DNA of 64,000 bases, from NCBI RefSeq assembly GCF_902459465.1, contig NC_047062.1, positions 21,514,001-21,578,000 of the forward strand. The letters run 5' to 3'. The stretch is from Asterias rubens. Lineage: Eukaryota. Shown here piece by piece: positions 1 through 12,015 of the stretch (positions within the stretch are counted from its first letter, which is position 1; each line of letters starts with the position of its first letter). The translations under genes were made by a program, and so were the position numbers. Below the pieces are notes generated by a model. It was not told the origin of the DNA. It did not search any database and worked only from the letters and a program-made list of their open reading frames with translations.

Positions 1-123
1 CGATGTGGTGCACAATGACTTGTACTTGAGTTAATGTCAGAGGTTTTTCTATCTGACGACACAACGCCCCCCCACCCCACCCCACCCTCCCCTCCCCTCA
101 TCCTGCCCTTTAAGTCCACCTAC

Positions 124-250
124 CTGAGCAAGCTTGGCCCTCCTACGACCCTTAGTGAAAGACGGCGGGTCTTGCTCTTCCTCCAGATCGATCTTATTGA
201 ATTCATCAATAGTCAGCTGGCCTGATGGAGTCTCTTCAAATTCAGTCAGT
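124..250 (-). CDS. BRF1: BRF1 coding exon 8 (127 nt; gene continues beyond window start)
   Basis: Acceptor ttctttctcttccag and donor CAG|gtaggt. Encodes (R)[42 protein letters not shown], matching the BRF1 homology block after the cyclin repeats. Confidence 0.95.
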
Positions 251-2260
251 CTGGAAGAGAAAGAAGAACGAAAAAGTTAAAGAAACCCATAAAACATTCC
301 TACATGGAGCCAGTTTCTGAATCTGTTATGGATTGACAATTTTGCAAAAACATGTATGGTCGCCCAATGTGTTTTCAATGGACTCATTGCATATGACTGA
401 GGCCAAATAGCGCCCTCACTGAGGCCAACAGGGGGCATGACCTTAGCGCCCCAGAAGCATTTTTGCGCTTGTGAAGGGGTCTATTGTTTTATACACTTTT
501 TGTTATCTGTTTGAATCGTCACTTTCAACTCTTTTTAAAGGTTTTGTCTAATAATTTGTTTTAAGAAGTTTGCACTATTTACCATAAATACACATGAACT
601 GTTCGCATTAATTGGTTTACTGTACTTAACTAGATTACATTTAAAGTACATCTCATAATAACTGTGTCAGTGGTTATCAGATATTATACATCCACTCAAA
701 ACATCTTTGATTATAGGTCTTTAAACATAGCTCCGAAAACCTTATAGAAAAAACAATTACGCTTTGAGAATAAAGTGTGATAAAGTGCCATATAAGAACT
801 GCGAGCTATTATTTGTATTTGTACACTGTACATTAGTATATGTGTATGTGGTCATCTTTAATTAGGGAATGTGGCCAGCCCTTAAACAGACTCAACAATG
901 TATTTCTAAAACACAACATAAATGCCACTATTATTAGTAGCAATTTACCGCCTGGTTGCGAAACACAATCTTTGTTTTCCCTTCCACTTCATCAATGTAA
1001 TCACAATGAGGCTCAAAGACAAAATATAGTAGGGTCCCTATACATTGTACATGTAATTTTACAAATGAACATTCAGTATTAATAACTGCTGCATACAGGG
1101 AACATGACAAAGATGGCTAGAATATGATATGATTATCTAAGGAGCCAATTGTCTATCCTTGCAATACAGCTCCAACGTGTCCATTTCCACTACCCCAGCC
1201 AGTCATAGTTTGCCAATGGGCTTAAATGATTCATGCTTTGTGAATAATGCATTTTATGTATTTCCACAAACACAAGTCACCCCTACCCTCCCCTCAACAA
1301 AAATTATAAATAAAACACTCACAACCCCCCCCCCCCCCCACCCCTCCCCATCACACACAGAGTTATTACTGTGGTATTAATTCTTTCTTTTTTGAAAACT
1401 AAAAAGTACAATGATCTTTCAAACTTAATTGGCCCTAACCAATTTGAGGTCATCCTTGCATTTGATATGGTGTCGTTCCGTGGCTTTTTATTCATTTTAC
1501 AGTTTGTTATATGGTTAATTAAGAAGCTCTTAAAATCCCACACAACTCAATTTGTTCTTAGTACTACGCCGAGGGTGAATTGTCAACAATTGTCAAACAT
1601 CTCTTCAAAGCATGCCGCTGTTTGTACATTGTACTTTCAAAAGGTGTTTGGGTATTTGATGGATCAGCAGATAATTGATTCAGTCATGAAATTGTTTCAC
1701 AGAAAGTGGTGATGATAATAAGAAGTCGTATTCACTGAGTAATTGCAATCCTTTAATTTATGACTCAATTCAATTTTCAAATGACACAAAAAAAACCACT
1801 CACTCATGGATAGAAAATAATTACGGGGAGGATAAACTTATGAACAAAGGGGTACATTGTAGAGGTGGGGGCAGGGCAAAGTGTTAGCCAGAGGGTTCAC
1901 TTGAGTGTTTTTGGACTCCCTATTTAAAACCAAGACACCCTGTATTATCTGTCATTTACGTGTAAATTCATTATAAGTGAACAATTTAAAAAGCCCAATT
2001 TTTCTGAGAAAGAGACTAGTGAATTTCAAAGATGTTGCCAGATCATAAACCATCTATTTGACAATTAAGAAACCATTATAAAAAAAATTAGTACTAATAA
2101 GGTGCTCCTAGTACACTACACACCAAAGGTCCAGCGGTATCTGAACTGTTTTTTTTGCTTTCATTATTCAATATAAGAGCAAATTCAGGTTCCATTTCCT
2201 TTCAGAATAAACATATTTCTATTTATCAAAACAGTTGATATTTAGTGGAAATTTTCTTAC

Positions 2261-2354
2261 CTTTTTCTAAGAGTAGCATCACAGACTTTGACTACTCGAA
2301 TAATGTCCTTCTGTGTTCTGTTGAAATTGTGTAAACGAGCTGCAACCAATAATG
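2261..2354 (-). CDS. BRF1: BRF1 coding exon 7 (94 nt)
   Basis: Acceptor tttgtctttgcag and donor AG|gtaaga. Encodes (A)[30 protein letters not shown](R); phases agree with exons 6 and 8. Confidence 0.95.
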
Positions 2355-2751
2355 CTGCAAAGACAAATGTTAATTTCTAATTAACAAAATTTAAGTTTTT
2401 TTTGTATCATGACTGAGTGAATAAAATAAATTTAGAAAACACATGTTCACAAAATTAAAAACATGAATCAGCATTTTAAACTCAACTTAAGACGATTTTT
2501 AAATTAATTGTTTGAATTTCTTTTATAGGTCTATTCGTATGACAATGTCCGTGTGTAAACATGGAAAGAAAACTTTTGACTGTGTCAACGGTTAGGAAAA
2601 TATTAACAAGTGCAGTAGTTATTTTGCTGGGTTTTCTTACGCAAAACTTTCTACTTTAAATGCATCTTTAAGAAACTGTATGATGTGGCTTAACTGTTAC
2701 ACAGTGTGGGAAGTTTAAAGAAGTCTGGGAACCAAATATAATAAGACAAAC

Positions 2752-2901
2752 CTGCGCCACAGAGCCCTGAGGGCCTTCGTCCCAAGTGCATCCAGTCACG
2801 CTTCATCCTTCCAACAAGCCGTAACGCTGTCATGGAAACTTCATGTACCTTTTCCGTTAACTCTAACTTGTGAGCAAACCGGTGGATGTATAAACAAGGA
2901 T
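2752..2901 (-). CDS. BRF1: BRF1 coding exon 6 (150 nt)
   Basis: Acceptor ttttttccag and donor G|gtttgt. Encodes (D)[49 protein letters not shown], the second TFIIB-type cyclin repeat. Confidence 0.95.
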
Positions 2902-4956
2902 CTGGAAAAAAACAAAAAAAGAGAAGACACTTTGAATAAGTGCTACATGACAAAGGCCTATAAGTTATGAGCAGGCCACAACCACATTGCCCATGGTCTT
3001 TGCCTTAATGCCCCTGCAAAAGTTTCCCATTGACTTTGTAAGATTTTCCAATGGAAGTGCCCTTTACAAAATGAAATCAGCCTTGCACTTTCAAAAATGA
3101 AATTTCAGGCCTGAAAGATAATGAGTTATTCCAGTGCCACACAACAACAAAACAATGTACAAAGTCTTTTTTTTCTTCTTTTTTAAACGAATTTACACAT
3201 GTTTTTCATCACCCGGTAGCCCCCAAAATTATAAGTCCTTTCATTTGTGATTGAAAACAAATCAGAGCTATAAATGTTTAGAACTCAGAACCTGTTTAAT
3301 ATAAAACCATTCTTTATTCATTAAAACAAAAAGGGTAAAAGAATGTACACACAACCCAGGCTGCGGTCTTGCCTAAAAGCCAAATCACATGCAGGGTATA
3401 CAAGATAAACAATATAAAAATTACATTCAAACATTATAATTGTTTACAAATTTATAGCCAAACATTTAATGTGAACTACTATACATGTAGGCCTACACTA
3501 AAATGTTAACAATTTCCCTGTCCAATCATCCTACCCTTTATGCACAATTACGCATACAGAACATGCACACCACATAGACACAGTCTCCTCATCTGACACT
3601 GTGCCTATAATGGACCACCCCTTTCACAATAATGGACTGTCCTTAAATTTCTCTTGGACAGGGCATTGTGGGAAACCAATGGCTGAAACAGCAGTGGAAA
3701 CAGGAAGTGAGTTTAGGATCAGGAAGAATCATATCATAAGTAAGCAATCCTTTTGTTTATTTAGTATCAATACTTTACTTACAAGTAATGAGTGTGGAAA
3801 ATAAACAAATGACCTTGCAGTGTGCATTCTTGCAGGTAAATGCTGTTACTTATTTAAGGGTCATTTGTGTATTGAAACTGAATGTGTAGTACTGTAGTAA
3901 GTGTAGCAATGCCAAAAGTTTGACATTTTTATGAGGGACTGTACAGTTTAATTCTATCACTCAGAATATGCCAGCTTGTTGAATAAAAGGTGAGGTTTGT
4001 TAGGTAATTTCCTTCCTGTATGGTTTAAAAAATGCACTATATATCCTTCATCATTGTCGAGTGTGCTTAATTATAGTCAAAAGCCTTGCATTTGTTTTGC
4101 AAGGTGCCTGGAATTGGTCAGTGTCAAATGTACAATAATATTGCATTCATGCATGACTTATGACATTATGTTGAAATGATTAGAAATGAAATATAACAAC
4201 AACTTTATTGAATTGATTCTTGTTTGTCCACATGAATAAAATTATTACAAAGCCAATCTGGTCTCTGAAGAGACATGAACATATGATAATGGTATGTACT
4301 GTATATTGTATGTTTGAGTCTGAGTGTGCGTCTGTGGAGGAAGGAACCATAGAGAAGGAACGAACGACTTCATGTCTGAGTAATTTGAACACTTTCAAGA
4401 TGTACTCGCCCTTGATCATACAGTATTTGTAATTTAAAGTTCCCCAAAGTTTAACTCAGACCATCTTGCTTTGAACTAGGGTACATGTTAGTAGAAAGGA
4501 CATATAAATCACTCATCCATTTTTGAGGCTACATGATGTGTTCATAAAAAATGTGTCTGCCGTACAACAATGACAATGACTACGTAAATCTGCTTGTTGT
4601 TACATTATCTGACTATCAATATTACTTGCAATAATACATACACCCACGTTCATGGATTTATTTGTTGTTATAAAATGGGAAAGCGCGTATAGCCTACATG
4701 TACGTACAGTAGGTTAAATGCCATCATCATGTCTGTGTCTGTTTTTATCAATGTCAATATTTAACTTGTTCTTGTTAACCCACCCAATTACACTGAATTT
4801 TTTTATTTGTTCCTTTATTTACATGTAGGATCCAAATACATGTAACAAATTGGCCAGTTTCCATGTAATCTTGAAGACTGAAAGGTCTGCTGAAGGGTGT
4901 GAACGACCAGTCTCATCAATCCAGCACAGTCAGTCAACTTGATGTAATAACCCAAG

Positions 4957-5459
4957 ATGGAGGCACTGAATCTGGGTGAGCCAAACATTCAGAATCTGAG
5001 CGGCGGCGGTGGGGAAAATCTTGAAGTGGACAACCGCCCTCCGAACAGCATGCCGAAGCAACATTCAGCCTCCAAGAGTCCCAACAATGCCCAGGGCATT
5101 TCACAGACCACTCTGCCGATCGAGATCCCCTCCTCTGACGCCCGAATGCCCATCCAGGATATAGTGCAGCCAGAGAGTCCCATGCTGATCACGCCGCGAC
5201 GCCCGCTTGGGCAGAACTGGCAGACCAAAGGGGCGACGGTACGGGAACGCAACGCCTACATGTTCAACAACGATCTCATGAGTGACATTAAGTTTCTGGT
5301 CGGACCCAAGAACACTGCCCAGCGAGTGCCGGCACACAAGTACATCCTTGCCTCGGGGAGTTCGGTGTTCTTTGCCATGTTCTATAGCGATCTTGCTGAG
5401 AACCAATCGGAAATTAACATCCCTGATGTGGAACCACAGGCCTTCCTCACATTGCTCAA
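4957..5459 (+). CDS. BTBD6: BTB/POZ-BACK-PHR protein (BTBD3/BTBD6-like), coding exon 1
   Basis: ATG in caagATGG context. NWQ..ATVRERNAYMFNNDLMSDIKFLVG...AHKYILASGSSVFFAMFY is the BTBD3/6-type BTB domain. Phase-2 donor AA|gtaagc at 5460. BTBD3 and BTBD6 cannot be distinguished; this is probably their shared ortholog. Confidence 0.9.
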
Positions 5460-6481
5460 GTAAGCCAACCATTTTGGGGGGTTTTACAACCAGGGCCCCA
5501 TTTCATAAAGCCTGTAAAGCACAACAAAATCTTGCTAAGCAAAATCAGGTTACCAGCCAGAATACCTTACAGTTACCATTGATGTGACTGGCACCCCACT
5601 CATTTCTCACTTTAGCCAACAAATTTGCGAAGCAGAATTTTCTGCTTTAAATAAGCTTTATAAAAATTGGGCCCTGTATAATGATTTCCAGAATGAAAAT
5701 CGTGACTAATTACTGTTCACAGAGTTTCAAACAAAACATTAGTACACCCCCTTCGGCGACAGCAATTTTTTCAAAAGTTTTTTAGAAATTTCATACATCA
5801 ATGAATCAGGATTTTTTTATTTAACCACAAGGAACCTTCTTTCCCAAGGCAATTATTTTCTTTGTAATTGTACCCCCACATTACATGACTCATTCAACCA
5901 CAAAATGCACTCCACTTAATTACTGCCGGGGAAAAAATGGAGGAAAAAAAGAATAAAGCAAGTACATGTTTGGCATCTTGTTGATCATTTCAAATGACTC
6001 ACAGTCTTGATAAACTGTAGCTGGAACTCTTCCAAGATAGATAATAAATAAATAAGAGATCATAATTATAAACATACAAAAGAATATAAAACCCCCAAAG
6101 GTGCACAGATTATTTTGCCAAAATTGTCTATAAGGTTGGTTAGTCTAAAAATGGTGCAAATTTAAAACAAATAAACATCCAAGGGGAACCAATAAAATAA
6201 AGTTTACTTTACATGGTATAACCCTATTGTAAAAACAGGCTTTGAACTTTGCTTTTAAAAGAGGCCATCTATCAAGGCAAATATAAATTTGTATTGGAAC
6301 TTTGCAAAGGGCACAACCGCAAAAGCCTAGAGCACCCCAGGTTATTGCGAGGCCTGTAAAGACTTCAGTAGAAAATTGTTATTATGCCCCTACAAGAACG
6401 AAACTCAAGGCCTGGTACATGGATGTCAGGTTACATTAAACAAACTCTTCTATAATTATAAACAATCTTTGTTTCTTCCAG

Positions 6482-7514
6482 ATACTTGTACTGCGACGAA
6501 GTTGACCTCACACCTGACAATGTGCTAACCACACTCTACGCAGCCAAGAAGTACATCGTGCCTCACCTGGCCCAGGCCTGTGTCAGCTTCCTGGAACGAA
6601 GCCTGAGTGCAAGGAACGCTTGCGTACTCCTGAGCCAGAGCCATCTATTTGAGGAGCCTGACCTGATGCAGCGATGCTGGGAAGTCATCGATGCTCAGGC
6701 TGAGGTGGCCCTCTCGTCGGACAGCTTCTTGGACGTTGACTTCAAGACGTTGGAGAGCATCTTGATGCGAGAGACACTCAACGTCAAGGAGATTGTGCTC
6801 TTCCAGGCGGTCTTGCGCTGGGCAGATGCTGAGTGTAACCGTAAGGGGATGCACCCCAACCCGGAGAACAAGCGTAAAGTACTTGGCAAGGCGCTGTACC
6901 TGGTGCGCATCCCCACTGTGCCGGTGACTGAGTTCGCTAATGACGCTGCACAGTCGGGTCTTCTTACTCTCATGGAAACCACCAATGTGTTCCTCTACTA
7001 CATGGCCAAGAATAAACCCAAACTGCAATTCGTCTGCCTGCCGAGAAAAGGCCTGCAAACCTGCAAGGTCCATCGGTTCCAGTCCTCTGCCTACCGCAGT
7101 AATCAATGGCGCTACAGAGGCAGATGCGACAGCATACAATTTTCCGTGGACAAGCGCATCTTCATCGCCGGTTTTGGACTTTACGGCTCCAGCTCTGGAG
7201 CGGCAGACTACGGCGTCAAAATCGAGCTGAAGCGAAGCGGCAAGGTTCTCGGAGAGGCACAGACGAAGTTCTTTTCTGACGGCTCAAGCTGTACCTTCCC
7301 GGTGATGTTCCCCAACCCGGTGCAAGTGGAGCCCCATGCATACTACACGGCCAGTGTTATACTCTGTGGTTCGGAGCTGAGCTACTTTGGTCAGGAAGGA
7401 CTGACTGAAGTCACTGACCACAACGTGACATTCCAGTTCCAGTGCTCACCGGAGAGCACCAATGGAACTGGCGTTCAGGGAGGTCAAATCCCAGAGCTTA
7501 TCTTCTATGCATAA
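6482..7514 (+). CDS. BTBD6: BTB/POZ-BACK-PHR protein (BTBD3/BTBD6-like), coding exon 2 to stop; total 511 aa
   Basis: Acceptor tttgtttcttccag restores K-YLYCDE in frame. Contains BACK and PHR domains and ends in the family signature STNGTGVQGGQIPELIFYA*. Confidence 0.95.
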
Positions 7515-8577
7515 TTAATGAGGACTGACCTATGAATAATGAATATTAATAACCTGAAGAACCTGAGTCTCAGTGTCTTACAGTAGTGGCTCGCTAAGTA
7601 CTGTATATTGTAGGATCATCGTACATTGTGGTTATATACAGTGTACTGAGCACTGAACAGTACATAGAATAGACTAAATTATTGTGTATCTTAGTAACTG
7701 CATACTACTCGCACACTGTTAACAAGCTGTCTCAATAGATGTATTTTTGTGATAAACAGTCAATGCACTTCACTACGCGGATTCAAATCTCAGTTATGTT
7801 TACTATTTTATAGTACCCTGCTGCTGGGTTTGTATTGACTTAGCGCACAGGAAAATCTCAAATTTGATCTGTTTTGGTCTGAGATGATGGGATAACAGCC
7901 GTCTCATAAACGTCACTCGGTGAACTACAATGAGAAAATTAGAGGTTTGCAAGAGAACAGTGAAATCAAAGAGATATTTTATCATAGAATGTGTTGAAAG
8001 TTTTACAGTTCCAAACACACTGATTATTTTGTAGAGGTTCAACATGTAGTTTCTCTTCTCTTAAAGGACAGGGTAGTTTTTTACACTGCACTATGTACGC
8101 GGCGTAATACACGTGGACCTACACTGTACATTATTTATGCTGCTTAGACAGCCACAATTGTATTTTGTTCACAAGATGTAGAGAAGCAAGTATCCGCTGG
8201 TGTAAATGAACCAATTCTACCAAAAGCCCAGCCAGTACATTGTACATGTACATGTACAAAATGTATGCATATTACATGTAAATGCACAGTATTTAAGAGA
8301 AGTCTTGAATGCAGGCACACACTGTACATTTTATGTTGAGATCTACTTTACATTTTGTGCATACTACAGTACATGTAAAACTCTAGAACTACTTCTTAAT
8401 CCATGAAGAACACTGCTCATTAAAAAAAAAACATTTGCTTATTTGTAGAGAGCAAAAGAAATGTGAATGTTGTTTTAAACAGTTGCATGCATGACGCTTA
8501 TTGTTATGTTCAGTAAGTGACGTAACTAACTTTTGAAAATGATTTGAGATGCCATAATAAATTATGATCAATTTTAA

Positions 8578-8927
8578 AGACACTGGACACTATTGGTAAT
8601 TGTCAAAGACCAATTTTCTCACTTGGAAACCTGTGAAAATTTTGACTCAATTGGTCTTCAAAGATGCGAGAGAATAATGGAAGAAAAAACATCCTCGTCG
8701 CACAAGTTGTGTGCTTTTAGATGCCTTGAATTCGAGACATCAGCTGTGGTCTCTTATTAAATTCAAATATTTTAGCGAGAAATAACATCTTCTCAAAAAC
8801 TTTGTAACTTCAGAGGGAGCCGTTGCTCACATTGTTTTATACAATCAACAGCTCTCCATTGCTTGTTACCAAGCAAGTTTTTACGCTAACAAATATTTTG
8901 AGTAATTACCAGTAATGTCCAGTGCCT
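8578..8927. mobile_element. Non-autonomous TTAA-flanked DNA transposon (Kolobok-like MITE, family A)
   Basis: TTAA|AGACACTGGACAC...TGTCCAGTGCCT|TTAA gives terminal inverted repeats with RR..YY ends and a TTAA target duplication. Internal sequence is shared with copies at 11462, 35824, 52386 and 57445 and with partial copies near 20672 and 49950. Confidence 0.8.
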
Positions 8928-9388
8928 TTAAGCGGGCAGCTTTAGTTTTCAAGATGATTGAATACAACTGCAAGTAGTATAAATGCTGTATAACTGCCAT
9001 ACCTTTCAGTATTTAAATCTTAACAGGAATGTTCGTGCATGATATGTGCCTACATGTATGGTCCTTGATTGAACTTGCTCATACTGGGGCGGATTTCACA
9101 AAGAGTTAGGACTAGTCTTATCTCGAGTTAGGACAGGCCTTAAGTTTTTTCTCCTAGGACTAGTCCTAAGTCAGGACTAGTCCTAGGTTCTTTGTGAAAT
9201 CGACCGCAAGTCTGTAAGCAATTCCATTGGTCTAAGTTAATGGTTTCATTCAGTAAATATGAAAGGAATTTCTTTTACATTTACCACAACCAAACATTTC
9301 TAACACTTTCAAATGAAATTTCTTCGAATTTGTATTACATTTTGAGCATGAATTACTTTCAATATATTGTCAATTAGCACAAACTCAC

Positions 9389-9461
9389 CTATAGCTGGGA
9401 CATTTATGTGTAGTTCTTGTGATAGCTTGAGGTAGGTCTTCCCAAGAACATAAACATTAAC
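9389..9461 (-). CDS. BRF1: BRF1 coding exon 5 (73 nt)
   Basis: Acceptor ccttgacag and donor G|gtgagt. Encodes VNVYVLGKTYLKLSQELHINVPAI(D). Not in the ORF track because it is too short. Confidence 0.95.
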
Positions 9462-10247
9462 CTGTCAAGGATAGATGTGGAGGCAATCAGTTTAGAAAAT
9501 ACTTTATTATCCCAAATGTCCTTGCAAGGTAATTTTACTTGGATCCTTCCTCATTCTACCAAAACCCAACTCTATTATGGTAACCTCAACACCCAAACTG
9601 ATGGACACTGATGGATTTATGTCTGGCCCAAATGTAACAATTAGCCCAATTAGAAACAACAGAGGCAATTGCTTTGATTGCCTATGGAGGAAGAACCTCC
9701 ATGGATTGCCCCAGGTCATTGCCTTGATGCCCTTGAAATTTCAAATTTTCTCATAGAGATGCCTTTTACCAGGGAGAAAACACATTGATGCCCTTGCCTT
9801 TTTGAAAAAAAGCATCAAGCCTGATGAGACGACAATCAACAGGTTTTTAACAGATGCTTCCATATGGCCTTTACTGCCCTCGTGTTCACCTTGGTGCCCC
9901 TTCAAAATCTTTCTGAAATCTTTCCAAACAAAACCTAGACCCCTCTGATGGAATAAACTTCAATGTCTGCTTTAGATTTTTTTTAGTGCTTTGGGTAAAG
10001 ACTAGGCTAAACTTTGGACTTTTCACTACTATCCTTTAACAAAAGTAATGATTTCTATGACACCTTTGGGCATACAGTTGACTCTCACTATAACAAGATC
10101 CCTGGGGGACTAGCCTGATAACCTCTTTATAAAAAGGAACGTTATTATAAGAGGACAACAAATAAAAGAAACACAAAGCAGAAATGAAACTTGTGACTTC
10201 AGAACAGATAAGCAGAACCTCTGTACATGTATATTAATGCTCTTTAA

Positions 10248-10848
10248 CCCTTTAGTCACTGCACCGCCCGAGTTTGCTGAAATCCAATTTCTCAAGATTC
10301 TTGCAGTAAATTACTGGAATCGTAGTTCAAATTTTAAAAGATAGCCATGGCTTAATGTGTATGCACAATTTTTTACCCTTTCGGTAATATTTGTATAAAA
10401 GTACAAGTTCTCATGGGAACAATAAATGCCTCTCGTTAAACGGCTACGGTAATTGTTATGGCGAATATTTGTGTGCACGGATAAAATGAACACAATAGCT
10501 TTTCAAGGCTTTGGTCTGGCTCAATGCTCATACTGATTAAATGCGAAGGCGTTAATTTTCGACAATATCATCATAAATGATGAACTTTTTCCTGTTTACT
10601 AATGAGCGTTTTATTTTTCGTAAGAGCTAAACTATTTCATCATCATTAGCTTCGACAAGTCAACTGTGAAGGGAGAATTAATAACGATCTATAACAACTA
10701 GATATATTAACAAATGCGTAGACCTACTAATGACTATCAAGTTTTCTTTTGATGTTCCTTTTTTTCTACAAACACAAGCTAGCGAGGTTTCCTCGTACCG
10801 CATACAGTGTATCGCTATATGCGGCTGGGCGGTACAGTGGCTAAATGG
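10248..10848. mobile_element. Non-autonomous piggyBac-like element in BRF1 intron 4
   Basis: TTAA|CCCTTTAGTCACTGCACCGCCC ... GGGCGGTACAGTGGCTAAATGG|TTAA; the TIRs match at 19 of 22 positions. The interior is CpG-richer than the flanking intron. Confidence 0.75.
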
Positions 10849-11461
10849 TTAAGACTAGGGTAAAGTGTATGTTCATGTAGCTTTGACGCAATGACATGAT
10901 TAAGCATTTTATACAGGCGGTTGCATTTCCAGGATAAAAAAAAACAAAAAACGTGAATCTGGCCTTTTTTCTGAGAATAACAGAAGACAATTCTTATTAA
11001 TAATTTGCTGTCAAAATTTTCTTTACTCGCTGACTCATTCAAATGTGTTCATGTGCGAGTTGTTCTGTCTCCAAGATTTTTTTTAATTTTTTTTTGTATT
11101 CCTTTTTGTCTTCTTTTCCTCATTCTCGATTTTTTTCTTCAAAGTTCTGTACTACGAATGTCTTTTGCTATGACTCATGGTCATGCTTTGGTCACATGCA
11201 CGGGTGTATGGATTGTGGTTGAGTTTTCCCCAAAATATATATAATCAGCAAGTATATGAGCGGTGCCAGTCTGGCGTCTTATGCCGGGGACAGAACAAAA
11301 TCATACCCCCAAGTGCAATGACATGTAAAGGTCTGCGTAAAGTTCATGTACTGAGGAGACCTTTTTTCGGTGAATTACCAAAAAGAAGTATCTTTACAAA
11401 AAAAATATATATATTTGTAAGAATACAGACCTGGGCTAAATTTCATTGAGCTGCTTTTCAA

Positions 11462-11827
11462 AGGCAGTGTACACTATTGGTAATTACTCAAAATAATTAT
11501 TAGCATAAAACCTTACTTGGTAACGAGAAATGGGGAGAGGTTGATGGTATAAAACATTGTGAGAAACGGCTCCCTCTGAAGTGCCATAGTTTTCGAGAAA
11601 GAAGTAATTTTCCAGGAATTTGATTTTGAGAACTTGAGGTCTCAAAATCAACCATCTAAACGCACACAACTTCGTGTGACAAGGGTGTTTTTTTCTTTCA
11701 TTATTATCTCGCAACTTCGATGACCGATTGAGCTCAAATTTTCACAGGTTTGTTATTTTATGCATATGTTGAGATACACCAACTGTGAAGGCTAGTCTTT
11801 GACAATTACCAATAGTGTCCACTGTTT
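11462..11827. mobile_element. Kolobok-like MITE family A copy (opposite orientation to 8578)
   Basis: AGGCAGTGTACACTATTGGTAATT...AATTACCAATAGTGTCCACTG; TTAA at the right end, degenerate TCAA at the left. Confidence 0.75.
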
Positions 11828-11983
11828 TTAAAGGTGCTTAAAGGTGGGGGTTTTTTTTTGCCAAAAGACCAAACAATTTTTTGAACATACTCCGACAGAT
11901 GACAATGGTTCCAAATGGTTCTTTTAAAACAAAAAAAAGAAAGTTTTTTTACAATATTTAACAAATCTTATTGAAAATCTTAC

Positions 11984-12015
11984 CTGAAGTAAATCGCTGA
12001 GATCTAGAAGCATAT
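11984..12015 (-). CDS. BRF1: BRF1 coding exon 4 (32 nt)
   Basis: Acceptor ttcttcag preceded by branch point TTCCTTAAC; donor CAG|gtaaga. Encodes (H)MLLDLSDLLQ. Confidence 0.95.

Noticed and set aside
4989-7230. ORFs overlapping the BTBD gene (4989, 5101, 5282, 6645, 6695, 6940)
   Set aside because: Shadow ORFs produced by GC-rich codon usage on the true coding frame; no recognisable protein.
9462-9472. TCCTTGAC next to the exon-5 acceptor as a second U12 intron
   Set aside because: The motif abuts the AG, too close for a U12 branch point, and the intron's donor is ordinary GTAAGA.
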